Positions 50,768-59,367 are shown, counted from the stretch's first letter. The stretch is DNA of 64,000 nucleotides from Candidatus Magasanikbacteria bacterium CG10_big_fil_rev_8_21_14_0_10_36_32 (GCA_002778465.1 PFBV01000003.1:2397-66396); one strand, 5' to 3'. Notes: generated from the letters alone by a model not told the origin. A program made the numbers and translations.

Positions 50768-51943
50768 TTAATGAAATAATTTCACCACCGTGTAAATTGA
50801 AGCGGCTGAAAAAAACAATAAAACCGGAATGGCTACCAGCCAAAAATTATTCAATCCATAACGCGAGGCGTCTAAATCGCCTTTTTTTCTTGCCTTATAA
50901 GCGATTGCCACCAATAACACAGCTTCAATTCCAATAAATAAACCGCCGATAACATCCAAAATAGAAACAAAACTTCTAAAACCAAATAAAAATAAAATTA
51001 CCGGCACGGATATCACGGCAAACTCCGCCAAATACCTATTTATCTTATGATCCCAAATTAAAGACTGTTTTAAAGCAATGCCAATCCCCAAAAATCCTGT
51101 GCCCATTGCCAAAGCGGCAAATAAATTAGCGCACGCATATACCCAACCGCCAAATTGATGATTTAATCCGACAGTGGCAATTTCCGTGGTGTTCACACCC
51201 AAAAAACCAACTACCGCCAATACGAATAATAAATAAACACCAATTGGAATCAATCCGCCAATAATAATCGCTTTACGAAAATGCTTTTGGCTGCCCGGCA
51301 ACAAAGCATGCGCCTCGGCAATCGCCGGTGTGGCATTTAACGCAAATAAAATCACGCCGTATGGTAAAAATAATTTTGTTAAATCAGTATAAAAAAAATT
51401 TGCCGGATGAAATTTATCCAATAAAAATAAACTCAAACCGACAATCAACCCGATAACAACCATGCTTAATATTTTTTCAACATTTTTTACCGTTTGCAAT
51501 CCACGCCAAATTAAAATACTGCCGATTGACCAAAAACAAATACTCCACCACACTTTATCTCCGCCAAACATAGCCGACAAAGCTTCCCCTTCTCCAATAA
51601 TATAAGCCAACAAAGCGCCATAGCCTGTTAAAATTATAATTAATGACATCAATCTTTTTGCCCAACAACCCAAATAACGACCGGCAAAACCGGGAATCTG
51701 AAAATTTTCTTTAGTTCTAACGGCAATTTCACCAATAATCAAATTCAACATCATTACTACCAAACCCAAAACCAATATATATATCAAACCAATAATCAAA
51801 CCGACCTGCGCCACCACATAAGGCAAACCTAAAATACCGGCGCCGATAGTCATTCCTGTAATCATAAAAACCGCTTCACTCACCGTGGCGGTTTGTTTAT
51901 ATACACCTTGATGTAAAACTACGGATTTTTCATTTTTCAACAT
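50768..51943 (-). CDS. Aromatic amino acid permease (TyrP/Mtr family)
   Basis: GMTIGAGILGLPY and multiple TM helices. Confidence 0.85.
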   Translation of the reverse strand: MLKNEKSVVLHQGVYKQTATVSEAVFMITGMTIGAGILGLPYVVAQVGLIIGLIYILVLGLVVMMLNLIIGEIAVRTKENFQIPGFAGRYLGCWAKRLMSLIIILTGYGALLAYIIGEGEALSAMFGGDKVWWSICFWSIGSILIWRGLQTVKNVEKILSMVVIGLIVGLSLFLLDKFHPANFFYTDLTKLFLPYGVILFALNATPAIAEAHALLPGSQKHFRKAIIIGGLIPIGVYLLFVLAVVGFLGVNTTEIATVGLNHQFGGWVYACANLFAALAMGTGFLGIGIALKQSLIWDHKINRYLAEFAVISVPVILFLFGFRSFVSILDVIGGLFIGIEAVLLVAIAYKARKKGDLDASRYGLNNFWLVAIPVLLFFSAASIYTVVKLFH

Positions 51944-51975
51944 ACTTAAATAGTATAACACATTTTTAAATTAAT

Positions 51976-52023
51976 AAAAAACTCCCGACAAAAGTTGGGA
52001 GTATTTTTTTAACAAAAAAGAAT
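51976..52023 (-). terminator. Cassette 7 3' module: ATTCTTT plus terminator
   Basis: Minus strand ATTCTTT..actcccaac-tttt-gtcgggagt-ttttt. Confidence 0.7.
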
Positions 52024-52061
52024 AGTAAAGTTGGGAGTATTTTTTTAACAAAAAAAATAGT
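51991..52061. repeat. 36/35-bp tandem duplication
   Basis: aaagttgggagtatttttttaacaaaaaa(g)aatagt twice. Confidence 0.9.
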
Positions 52062-52301
52062 TCAGGATCTAGCGAACAATTCCTTGAAATCACGATAAGC
52101 GGACCAAAGACCGAACAAACAAATAAAAATTACGCAAATCGCGACAATGCACGCAGACACTGTGCCCAAACAAGCAATATAAATAGCTAAACCGCACATC
52201 ACGGACATTCCCACCCACACCAAGCAAGTAATTATGAAAACGATGATCCTGACGCATGACGACTTGTTACAACAATTATTTTTAATTTGATTCATCGTCA
52301 T
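52062..52301 (-). CDS. Cassette 7 cargo 2: small Cys-rich two-TM protein
   Basis: Overlaps the upstream gene; two TM helices. Confidence 0.6.
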   Translation of the reverse strand: MTMNQIKNNCCNKSSCVRIIVFIITCLVWVGMSVMCGLAIYIACLGTVSACIVAICVIFICLFGLWSAYRDFKELFARS

Positions 52302-52602
52302 TTTCTCTCATTTCCTGTTCAATTTTTTTCAACAAAGCTTCCCAGCCTTCCATTTTCAGAATAATTAAACGGCTGTTTATAATTTGGAAATTTTTATAAA
52401 ACCGAAACGTACCATAAGCATTAAGCGTGCAACACACGCCACAACATACCATTTCAAACCAGTCGTTGGAATTATAATTATTCAAACACCACCGAAAACA
52501 AGCGGCCGCGACAACAGTGCAAAAAATCATTCCCGCTACGACACCAACTTGACATAAATGAAGGGACTTTCTAATTTTTTCCGTCCTTTCATCTTTTTCC
52601 AT
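52282..52602 (-). CDS. Cassette 7 cargo 1: small Cys-rich two-TM protein
   Basis: AAAGGA SD; two hydrophobic helices. Confidence 0.65.
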   Translation of the reverse strand: MEKDERTEKIRKSLHLCQVGVVAGMIFCTVVAAACFRWCLNNYNSNDWFEMVCCGVCCTLNAYGTFRFYKNFQIINSRLIILKMEGWEALLKKIEQEMRENDDESN

Positions 52603-52664
52603 TTTGTTCCTTTCTGCTTTAAAAATATCTGCTTTGCCGTCTGTAAATATCCTATTTCCTTTTG

Positions 52665-52712
52665 TTGTTAATGAACTGCTTTATATATAACAAATTTAAA
52701 CAAAAAAGTCAA
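52665..52712 (-). promoter_or_regulatory. Cassette 7 promoter plus boxA (48-bp direct repeat, copy 1)
   Basis: TTGACT-17-TATATA-taaagca-GTTCATTAACAA; identical to 53556-53603. Confidence 0.85.
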
Positions 52713-52721
52713 TGTTAAAAT

Positions 52722-52760
52722 AAAAAAAAAGACCCTGCCGAAAGGCGGGGTCAAAAGAAC
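52722..52760 (-). terminator. Cassette 8 3' module: GTTCTTT plus terminator
   Basis: Minus strand GTTCTTTt-gaccccgcc-tttc-ggcagggtc-tttttttt. Confidence 0.8.
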
Positions 52761-52775
52761 AAATTAACAAAAAAA

Positions 52776-53387
52776 TTAACCGATTTTATCGTCATCCGTA
52801 AACGACAAATCGGACGATTTAATATCAAATGACACATTCATATCCAAAGCCGCTTGGGCCAGCTTTGCAAACTCTTCATTTTGCATGATTTTGTCCGTTT
52901 GGGACTTTTCCAATATGTAATCATGAATCTCACAAGAAAAATTCCAAATTACGTGCAACGCCAGCGGTATCCAAATTGTCTGCAATAAAATTCCCACCAC
53001 ACAACTAATAATTCCAAATAACAACATCGGTATCATCAGGGCAAACTTATAAATTATTTTTTTCTCATCTTTAAAGTTATACCAATGCAAACCGCTGAAT
53101 ATGACACTGGAAATAATAATGGCAATTCCGGCGACAACGGTTAACTCGGAAAAGAAAAAAATAATCGGCAAACGAAAAACCATTTCTTCGCCAGTGGGTC
53201 CAATAACGCAAGCTTCCATGCCGTCATTCAACCAATACATCTTGAAAAAATTTTTATAAAACCATTTGGCATTGCCGCATTTCTTGCTATATAATTTATT
53301 TGCCGCCGCCCTAACCAATGCCGCAAAAATTATAATCACAATAAGAATTAAAAACGGTGGTAAAAATTCAATAAATCTTTCCAACAT
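52776..53387 (-). CDS. Cassette 8 cargo: CPBP (CAAX/Abi) family intramembrane metalloprotease
   Basis: EEMVFR, FSGLH, HVIWN motifs; AGGAG SD. Confidence 0.85.
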   Translation of the reverse strand: MLERFIEFLPPFLILIVIIIFAALVRAAANKLYSKKCGNAKWFYKNFFKMYWLNDGMEACVIGPTGEEMVFRLPIIFFFSELTVVAGIAIIISSVIFSGLHWYNFKDEKKIIYKFALMIPMLLFGIISCVVGILLQTIWIPLALHVIWNFSCEIHDYILEKSQTDKIMQNEEFAKLAQAALDMNVSFDIKSSDLSFTDDDKIG

Positions 53388-53555
53388 TTTTTATTCTCCT
53401 GTTGGCCGCAACCTTACGTTTTAGCTTGTTTGTCGTACGGAAACAATTTTTTTCCATTTCATCCGACAGACAAAGTATACTATCGGCCCTTGTACCAACG
53501 CTTTTTTCTTTTTTGGATTACCACATCCTATTGCCTTTTTCCGTCAACTGACGAA

Positions 53556-53603
53556 TTGTTAATGAACTGCTTTATATATAACAAATTTAAACAAAAAAGT
53601 CAA
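53556..53603 (-). promoter_or_regulatory. Cassette 8 promoter plus boxA (48-bp direct repeat, copy 2)
   Basis: Identical to 52665-52712. Confidence 0.85.
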
Positions 53604-53616
53604 CTATTAACAAGAG

Positions 53617-53645
53617 TTGACTTCAATAACAATTTAATATATAAT
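53617..53645 (+). promoter_or_regulatory. tRNA-Val promoter
   Basis: TTGACT-17-TATAAT. Confidence 0.75.
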
Positions 53646-53658
53646 GATTTTACTTTAA

Positions 53659-53732
53659 GCACGCCTAGCTCAGTTGGTTAGAGCACCTCGTTTACACCGA
53701 GGGGGTCAGGGGTTCAAATCCCTTGGCGTGCA
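53659..53732 (+). tRNA. tRNA-Val(TAC)
   Basis: GCACGCC/GGCGTGC acceptor, CCTCG-TTTACAC-CGAGG anticodon arm, GGTTCAAATCC; CCA not encoded. Confidence 0.95.
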
Positions 53733-53735
53733 CAT

Positions 53736-53770
53736 TTAAAAATGAGCCAATATTTTGGCTCATTTTTAAA
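53736..53770. terminator. Bidirectional terminator
   Basis: ttaaaaatgagccaa-tatt-ttggctcatttttaa. Confidence 0.8.
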
Positions 53771-53781
53771 TTTTATAAGTT

Positions 53782-54765
53782 CTATTTTTTTAAATAACTA
53801 TCAATTGAATTGCCGCCTTCCCTGTGTCCTTCGGAAATATATATTCTTATTTCATCTCCCATGCGCAAAATCTTGGGATCGGTGCCTTTATCAAAAATAT
53901 TTTTATCCACTATTTTCCAATCTAATCCGTTTTCTGAAATCGCTTCATAAATTCCACTCCAACTCCACCTTCTCCACTGTTTCAAATCTTCCCACGGAGA
54001 AAATCCAGCGACGAAATACATATGATACAAATTTCCTTCTTTGATCACGGCACAACTACCCGCTCTCTGCATATATTTCAACGGTTCTTGCTCATAATCT
54101 ATTCTAACACCTGTGTCCAATACCCAATTCAAACCGTCTTCAGAGTATAAACTTCTAATTCGCCACACTGGCCAAGTCCAATTTTCATTTTTGTATTTTT
54201 CAAAATCAGATGGCACCAACCCGCCTTCATCAAAATACATTCTATATCCTTTATCCAATTTTATAATTTCAAAATGCGCGATTGTTTTTATACCTTCTAA
54301 TTCTCCTTGTCCTGTTACAAGCAAAGGCATTTTTTCAACTTCAAAATTCAATCCATCGTCTGAAATTGCCATCATTAACGCTTGCTGTTTATCATTTTCA
54401 AATCCTCTCTGAAAATAAAGCCTAATTTTTCCATCATCTTCAAGAATAGCCGCCGGCATAGCCGCCCGATGAATTCTTTCTCCTTCAAATTCCCAATTTA
54501 ACCCGTTACAAGATTTATAGCTGTAAATATTCATCAAACCGTCACTTCCCGTTCCAGTACCATGCGAATACAATCTAAAACAATTATTGCTCAATTGGAT
54601 TATATCCGGATTTTGATTGGTATCCTGTTGATTTTCAATCACTGTGCCTTCCAAATTCCATCTTGAAAAACCGGCTAACGGATTATATTCAATCTTCCAA
54701 AATAAAACTAATAATAAAAAAACAAATAAAATTAAAATGATAAATATCAATAAAATTTTTTTCAT
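53782..54765 (-). CDS. Membrane-anchored beta-propeller protein (GH32/GH43-like blades)
   Basis: Repeated S.DGLNW Asp-box-like motifs and R(L/M)Y strands. Confidence 0.7.
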   Translation of the reverse strand: MKKILLIFIILILFVFLLLVLFWKIEYNPLAGFSRWNLEGTVIENQQDTNQNPDIIQLSNNCFRLYSHGTGTGSDGLMNIYSYKSCNGLNWEFEGERIHRAAMPAAILEDDGKIRLYFQRGFENDKQQALMMAISDDGLNFEVEKMPLLVTGQGELEGIKTIAHFEIIKLDKGYRMYFDEGGLVPSDFEKYKNENWTWPVWRIRSLYSEDGLNWVLDTGVRIDYEQEPLKYMQRAGSCAVIKEGNLYHMYFVAGFSPWEDLKQWRRWSWSGIYEAISENGLDWKIVDKNIFDKGTDPKILRMGDEIRIYISEGHREGGNSIDSYLKK

Positions 54766-54788
54766 ATTTTTAAATTAAAATTATTCTG

Positions 54789-55787
54789 CTATTTTTTTAA
54801 TTTTTTTGCCAAATCAATAAAATCTGAAATATTATTTTTTTCTTTCATCCAATACCACCACTCCGCCCCCCACAAATAAGCGCGCGAAAAACCAACTCGC
54901 TTGGCATAATCAATATTTTTTTGGAAACGTTCCGGACTCATAGATTTGTATTGTTCTTTAATTGAAAAAGTATGTATATCCGTATCGGTCACCCATGGTT
55001 CAGCTTGTAATTCCACAATAAAACTTTGATCCGATGCGCGATTAGCCAACCAAAGTTTAACCCGATAAAAAAGAGGCGTCAGCCAATCATAACTAAAATA
55101 TCCAAAAGTTTTATTCCACACCACCCGATAAAGCGTGGCACCAAATAAATCTCCGCGTTTGGCTGATTTTTGCCAAGTAGACAACTCACCGCTGTCGGTT
55201 ACCAAAGTCAAATGAGCGGCGTCTAAATTTTTAATTGTTTCTATTTCTTTTTTCAGCATTTCATCGGAAAATTTCCGACAAACTCCAAAATCCAAAAACG
55301 GTTCATTTTCCACCTGCCAAATTTCCAACGCCGAATGTGTTCGATAATGTTTCACTGTCGCTTCAACAAAACTGTCCAATGTTTTAAAATATTCTTCATC
55401 AGACAATGACATTGCCCACTTTGGCGGATGACATTCCGGCCAACGCGGAATTTTTTGTCCAACCACCAAAATAACTTTTACTTTTCGTTTAACCGCTTCA
55501 TCCATATACCAATCCAAACTGGAAAAATCATATTTTCCTTTTTCTTTTTCAATCACATCCCATTGAGCGGACAACCTAATGCGTTTAAAGCCTAAATCGT
55601 CTAAAATCGCCGTAAAAACCTGACGCGAATTCAACTTTAAATAATCAGCGTATTCTTCGTTAAAACTAACGCCATAAATTTGATTTTGATTTTGCCGCGA
55701 AGCGTAATATTTATTCAAACAAAATAAAACAATAACTATTGTCGCGATAACAATTAATCCTGTCATAATTTTTTTTCTAACAAACAT
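54789..55787 (-). CDS. Clan GH-A glycoside hydrolase
   Basis: W..IE...G.YDF..LD, WQVENEP, ELQAEPW. Confidence 0.8.
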   Translation of the reverse strand: MFVRKKIMTGLIVIATIVIVLFCLNKYYASRQNQNQIYGVSFNEEYADYLKLNSRQVFTAILDDLGFKRIRLSAQWDVIEKEKGKYDFSSLDWYMDEAVKRKVKVILVVGQKIPRWPECHPPKWAMSLSDEEYFKTLDSFVEATVKHYRTHSALEIWQVENEPFLDFGVCRKFSDEMLKKEIETIKNLDAAHLTLVTDSGELSTWQKSAKRGDLFGATLYRVVWNKTFGYFSYDWLTPLFYRVKLWLANRASDQSFIVELQAEPWVTDTDIHTFSIKEQYKSMSPERFQKNIDYAKRVGFSRAYLWGAEWWYWMKEKNNISDFIDLAKKLKK

Positions 55788-55820
55788 AAAAAATATTCAA
55801 TTTAAACATTCTAAATAAAA

Positions 55821-56726
55821 TTATTTTGCCAACAAAGCCAAACCGACGACAATAATCAAAACAGCGATAATCTCCTGAATGATTTCCCAACGGCTATATT
55901 TTTCTTTAAAAAATTTAGAATAAAATTTGCTTAATAAACCAACTAAAATTATTAATAAAGCATATTGAAAACCGGCCAAAGCATAAACAATCGTCACGCT
56001 GCCCAACGAACTGGCATATTGAACCAAAATCAGACCAATCACACCCAACAGTTTAGCTATCATAACAAACAAACCCTTTTTCCAATCTCTCACTCCGTCA
56101 ACCGGACGAAAAATACCCGACAGAGAATTTCTGACACCGGGGAAAAATAATAAGAGTAAAGCGGACGCGCCAACCATCCCCTGAGTCCACACAAAACCGG
56201 TTACAAAATCATATCTGCCATATAAATACTTTGCCGCCACGGCAAAAATAGCCCACAAAAAACCGCCCAACAAACCCCAAATTGCTCCTTTTTGAAATCC
56301 GTTATGGCGTTTGCTTTTTTCTAACGCAATGATAAAAGAACCAAAAACCAACAAAACAATTGCCAACAATTGTCTTGATAAAAAATATTCATTCAAAAAA
56401 ATAAAACTGAATACAAAAACAAAAATAGGAATAACCGCCCCAATAAACGGTCCCATATGACTGACTTCGCTTTTTTGTATGCCGGTATAGCTGGCCCATA
56501 AACCCAAAACAAATGTCAGACCGGCCAAAATAGCCAAACCATAATCAAACGCGCAATTTAATAATCCGACTTTCAACGGAATCAACAATAAAAATAGCAA
56601 AGCAAAAATGGTGGAATAAAAAACAAAAGCCACCGGCTTACGGACAGTTTTATCCAACACAAATTTATCCAATATATTTACAACCGAACTGATGGCATAT
56701 CCGGATAAAGCGACAAAAAACCACAT
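55821..56726 (-). CDS. EamA/DMT family transporter
   Basis: About ten TM helices in two repeats, F..FL.E motif. Confidence 0.8.
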   Translation of the reverse strand: MWFFVALSGYAISSVVNILDKFVLDKTVRKPVAFVFYSTIFALLFLLLIPLKVGLLNCAFDYGLAILAGLTFVLGLWASYTGIQKSEVSHMGPFIGAVIPIFVFVFSFIFLNEYFLSRQLLAIVLLVFGSFIIALEKSKRHNGFQKGAIWGLLGGFLWAIFAVAAKYLYGRYDFVTGFVWTQGMVGASALLLLFFPGVRNSLSGIFRPVDGVRDWKKGLFVMIAKLLGVIGLILVQYASSLGSVTIVYALAGFQYALLIILVGLLSKFYSKFFKEKYSRWEIIQEIIAVLIIVVGLALLAK

Positions 56727-56737
56727 ACTCCTTAAAT

Positions 56738-57210
56738 AAAAATTTTTAATTTTTAATTTTTAAATAATTTCTTAATGCTCCAATTTTTAAAACTACTTGC
56801 AACTTTTGGAAATCTTAGCAAATATCAGAGTTAACTCATGTGATTCTTTCCATAATTTACGACAAATATCTTGCTTGTCAAAATTAGCTGTAACTATCAT
56901 TCTTAACCAATGTTTTGTTTCATTAGCTTCTTTCTGACAGATTCTAATCTTATTTTTAAAATCTTTTTTAGAACTTGCCTGATTCGCTTCCATATAATTT
57001 GCTCCTATACTGGTGGCAGAACGAACTATCTGACTGATTAACGGCCTATTTATAACATTTTCTGGTAATGTTTTAATAAACTTTATTATTTCTTCTCCAA
57101 ATTTAGCTGTTCTCTCCTCTAAATTATAATTCATATGACTATCCTATTCTGGGTGTTTAAAAATTATGATTTATTTAAAAATTATAAAATTATAAAATTA
57201 AAAATTTAAA
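56738..57210. mobile_element. Four-helix-bundle gene flanked by imperfect inverted AT-rich heptamer repeats
   Basis: Left 56738-56792 (aattttt)n-aaataa is inverted at right 57155-57210. Confidence 0.5.
56793..57134 (-). CDS. Four helix bundle protein (23S rRNA IVS protein family)
   Basis: QIVRSATSIGANYME, SKKDF..K..I..KE..ET..WL. Confidence 0.92.
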   Translation of the reverse strand: MNYNLEERTAKFGEEIIKFIKTLPENVINRPLISQIVRSATSIGANYMEANQASSKKDFKNKIRICQKEANETKHWLRMIVTANFDKQDICRKLWKESHELTLIFAKISKSCK

Positions 57211-57223
57211 GTTTGAACTTAAA

Positions 57224-58072
57224 CTAAACATTACCTGTCATTTTTCTCTCAGCGCAAATAGCCGCATTTTGAAACAGTTTAGCAACAGTAATTGGTCCGA
57301 CTCCGCCCGGTGTCGGCGTTACCAAAACGCCTTTTTTATCCAAACCGGAAACATTAACATCGCCAAACACTTTTCCTTTATCAAAAGAAAACCCGGCATC
57401 AATCACAATTGTTCCTTTTTTAACCATTTTAGCGGTGACTAAATTCTTTTTTCCCGCGCCGCTGATAATTATATCCGCTTCCAAACATTTTTTTGTTAAA
57501 TTTTTTGTAGTGCTGTTACAAATAGTCACTGTCGCCCGAGCATTCATCAACAAAACAGCCAATGGACGGCCCAATAATAATCCGGAACCGATTATAACCA
57601 CATTTTTGCCCGGAAAATCAACATTTAAATCACGCAATATTTCCATCACCGCTCCGGCGGTCGGCGGTTCCAAACGATTATCTTTCAACAACAACCTTCC
57701 CAAATTTATTTCAGTCAAACAATCAATATCCGCTTCCGGCAAAATATATGATAGAATTTTCTGCTGATCAAATTGTTTTGGCAAAGGCAATTGAATTATT
57801 ATTCCGGCCGTATCTCGGCGAGATTGCGCCGCCATTATTTCTCTAATTAAATCCTCTTCCTTTATTTTTGAAGGAAACCGCAACAGTTCAAAACCAAAAC
57901 CCAACTTTTTGGCCATCATTTCTTTTTGCCTAACATAAACTTCAGATTCCGGACGATTTCCAATCAAAACAACCGCCACTTTCGGATTAAACCAATTGTG
58001 ATTCATTTTTTTTACTTTATCCAATGTTTCTTGATTAATTTTAAAAGCTATGGCTTTTCCGTCAATTAACAT
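57224..58072 (-). CDS. folD: Methylenetetrahydrofolate dehydrogenase/cyclohydrolase
   Basis: IDGK, YV..K, GIIIQLPLP, TPTPGGVGPIT. Confidence 0.93.
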   Translation of the reverse strand: MLIDGKAIAFKINQETLDKVKKMNHNWFNPKVAVVLIGNRPESEVYVRQKEMMAKKLGFGFELLRFPSKIKEEDLIREIMAAQSRRDTAGIIIQLPLPKQFDQQKILSYILPEADIDCLTEINLGRLLLKDNRLEPPTAGAVMEILRDLNVDFPGKNVVIIGSGLLLGRPLAVLLMNARATVTICNSTTKNLTKKCLEADIIISGAGKKNLVTAKMVKKGTIVIDAGFSFDKGKVFGDVNVSGLDKKGVLVTPTPGGVGPITVAKLFQNAAICAERKMTGNV

Positions 58073-58145
58073 ATTTATATATTATATTGCTTTATTATAA
58101 CACAGATAAACTATTTCTTTCCATCTTTTAACCGCTTTTCCGCTA

Positions 58146-58226
58146 TTGACACAACACTCAAAATGTATTATCTTAATTGAAAATTGCTCTTTTGAGCCAC
58201 TGCGGTCTGAAAGACCAAAAAGGAGA
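58146..58226 (+). promoter_or_regulatory. Cassette 9 promoter, boxA, hairpin and SD
   Basis: TTGACA-17-TATCTT; TGCTCTTTTGAG at 58185; ggtct-gaa-agacc; AAGGAG. Confidence 0.75.
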
Positions 58227-58233
58227 AATAACA

Positions 58234-58587
58234 ATGGAAGAGACTGTGGCGGAAAAAAATAAAGAGGAAGAGAAAGATCCTCACTCCGGATGGTGGATTT
58301 CTATATGCGGTATTATCATTTTTCTGCTCGGCCTTATGCTGGGGACGTTTATATGCCTAGGCGACAGCGAAACGCTTGGAAGCACAGACACCGGCGATGT
58401 CTACAACTTCATCGCTTTCGTGGATAAGAACGCTCCCAACGGCACAGTGGAGGCGGTCATTTCCGACACTGACGATCCTGACGATCATCATTTCATCTCT
58501 ATGACCAAAAAGTGCGCCGCCACTTACCACAAAGGCGCCCGTTACGTTCTCGTCGTGAACTTGAACAAATGCATCTGGCTCCCCTGA
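58234..58587 (+). CDS. Cassette 9 cargo: two-Cys family protein (member D)
   Basis: TM; VISDTDDPDDHHF..CAATYHKGA..KCIWLP. Confidence 0.8.
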   Translation: MEETVAEKNKEEEKDPHSGWWISICGIIIFLLGLMLGTFICLGDSETLGSTDTGDVYNFIAFVDKNAPNGTVEAVISDTDDPDDHHFISMTKKCAATYHKGARYVLVVNLNKCIWLP

Positions 58588-58636
58588 CCAATCGTTCTTT
58601 CTAAAAAATCAGCCCCGTCATTTGACGGGGCTTTTT
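58570..58636 (+). repeat. 67-bp repeat, copy 2
   Basis: Two mismatches to 45683-45749. Confidence 0.9.
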
Positions 58637-58638
58637 AT

Positions 58639-59367
58639 TTATATTTTCATCAAACTTAAAACAATTGTTTCACTATTTTTCTTTTTCTTTCCAAAACGAT
58701 CATAATATTCTATTTTTATTTTTTTAAATCCGGCGGATTTTGCCAAACTTTTTAATTCATCGGCGGTAAAATAATGTAAATATCTCATTACTTCTTTTCC
58801 TCGTGTCCCCTTCCATGGCACGCAGACATCGCCGCTATCATATCCGTCGGAAATTTTTTTTAATTGATTTTTAATATCATATTTTTTACAAGCCCATTTT
58901 TCAAGCAAATTCCAACTGGTTATCACCGCTTTGCTGCCGGTTTTTAAAACGCGAAAAATTTCTTTTAAAAATTTTTCTCTCAATTCAACGGATGGTATAT
59001 GATGGATAACGGCAAAAGAAAAAATAAAATCAAATTGATTTTTTTTAAAAGGCAAATCAACGGCATCAGCAACAAAAAATTTAGCTTTTTTATTTTTTAT
59101 ATTCACAACATTTTTTTTCTTGGCTTCCATAATCAATTTTACTGAAATATCCGACCCAAAATAACGACCACCGCGCTTAATCGCCTCGTCAGCCATTAAA
59201 CCATTGCCACAACCAATATCAAGAACACTAAAACCTTTTGCAATATTCCTTAATAATTTTATTTTAATTAAAGATGGTATAGACCGGCTAATATTCCACT
59301 CCTTGGCAATGATATTGTAATTTCTTCTGGTTTCGCTTATAATGCTTAAAGCTTTTCGTTTTTCCAT
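58639..59367 (-). CDS. Class I SAM methyltransferase, Trm9/ALKBH8-like
   Basis: LDIGCGNG, AVIHHI, D..VPW, RY.H.F...EL. Confidence 0.75.
   Translation of the reverse strand: MEKRKALSIISETRRNYNIIAKEWNISRSIPSLIKIKLLRNIAKGFSVLDIGCGNGLMADEAIKRGGRYFGSDISVKLIMEAKKKNVVNIKNKKAKFFVADAVDLPFKKNQFDFIFSFAVIHHIPSVELREKFLKEIFRVLKTGSKAVITSWNLLEKWACKKYDIKNQLKKISDGYDSGDVCVPWKGTRGKEVMRYLHYFTADELKSLAKSAGFKKIKIEYYDRFGKKKKNSETIVLSLMKI

Noticed and set aside
47403-53603. Classical integron cassette array
   Set aside because: No intI, no RYYYAAC..GTTRRRY attC structure seen, and the units have their own promoters and mixed orientation.
45208-53732. Prophage or integrated island at tRNA-Val
   Set aside because: No integrase, structural genes or duplicated tRNA 3' end seen, and host-like genes are interspersed.
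53430-54044. ORFs 53430..53681(+) and 53742..54044(+)
   Set aside because: They overlap a promoter repeat, tRNA-Val, a terminator or the antisense of a real gene.
45383-58587. Two-Cys paralogs as DGR template/variable repeats
   Set aside because: Differences include many C/T and other non-adenine changes, there is no near-identical TR/VR pair, and no reverse transcriptase is in the window.
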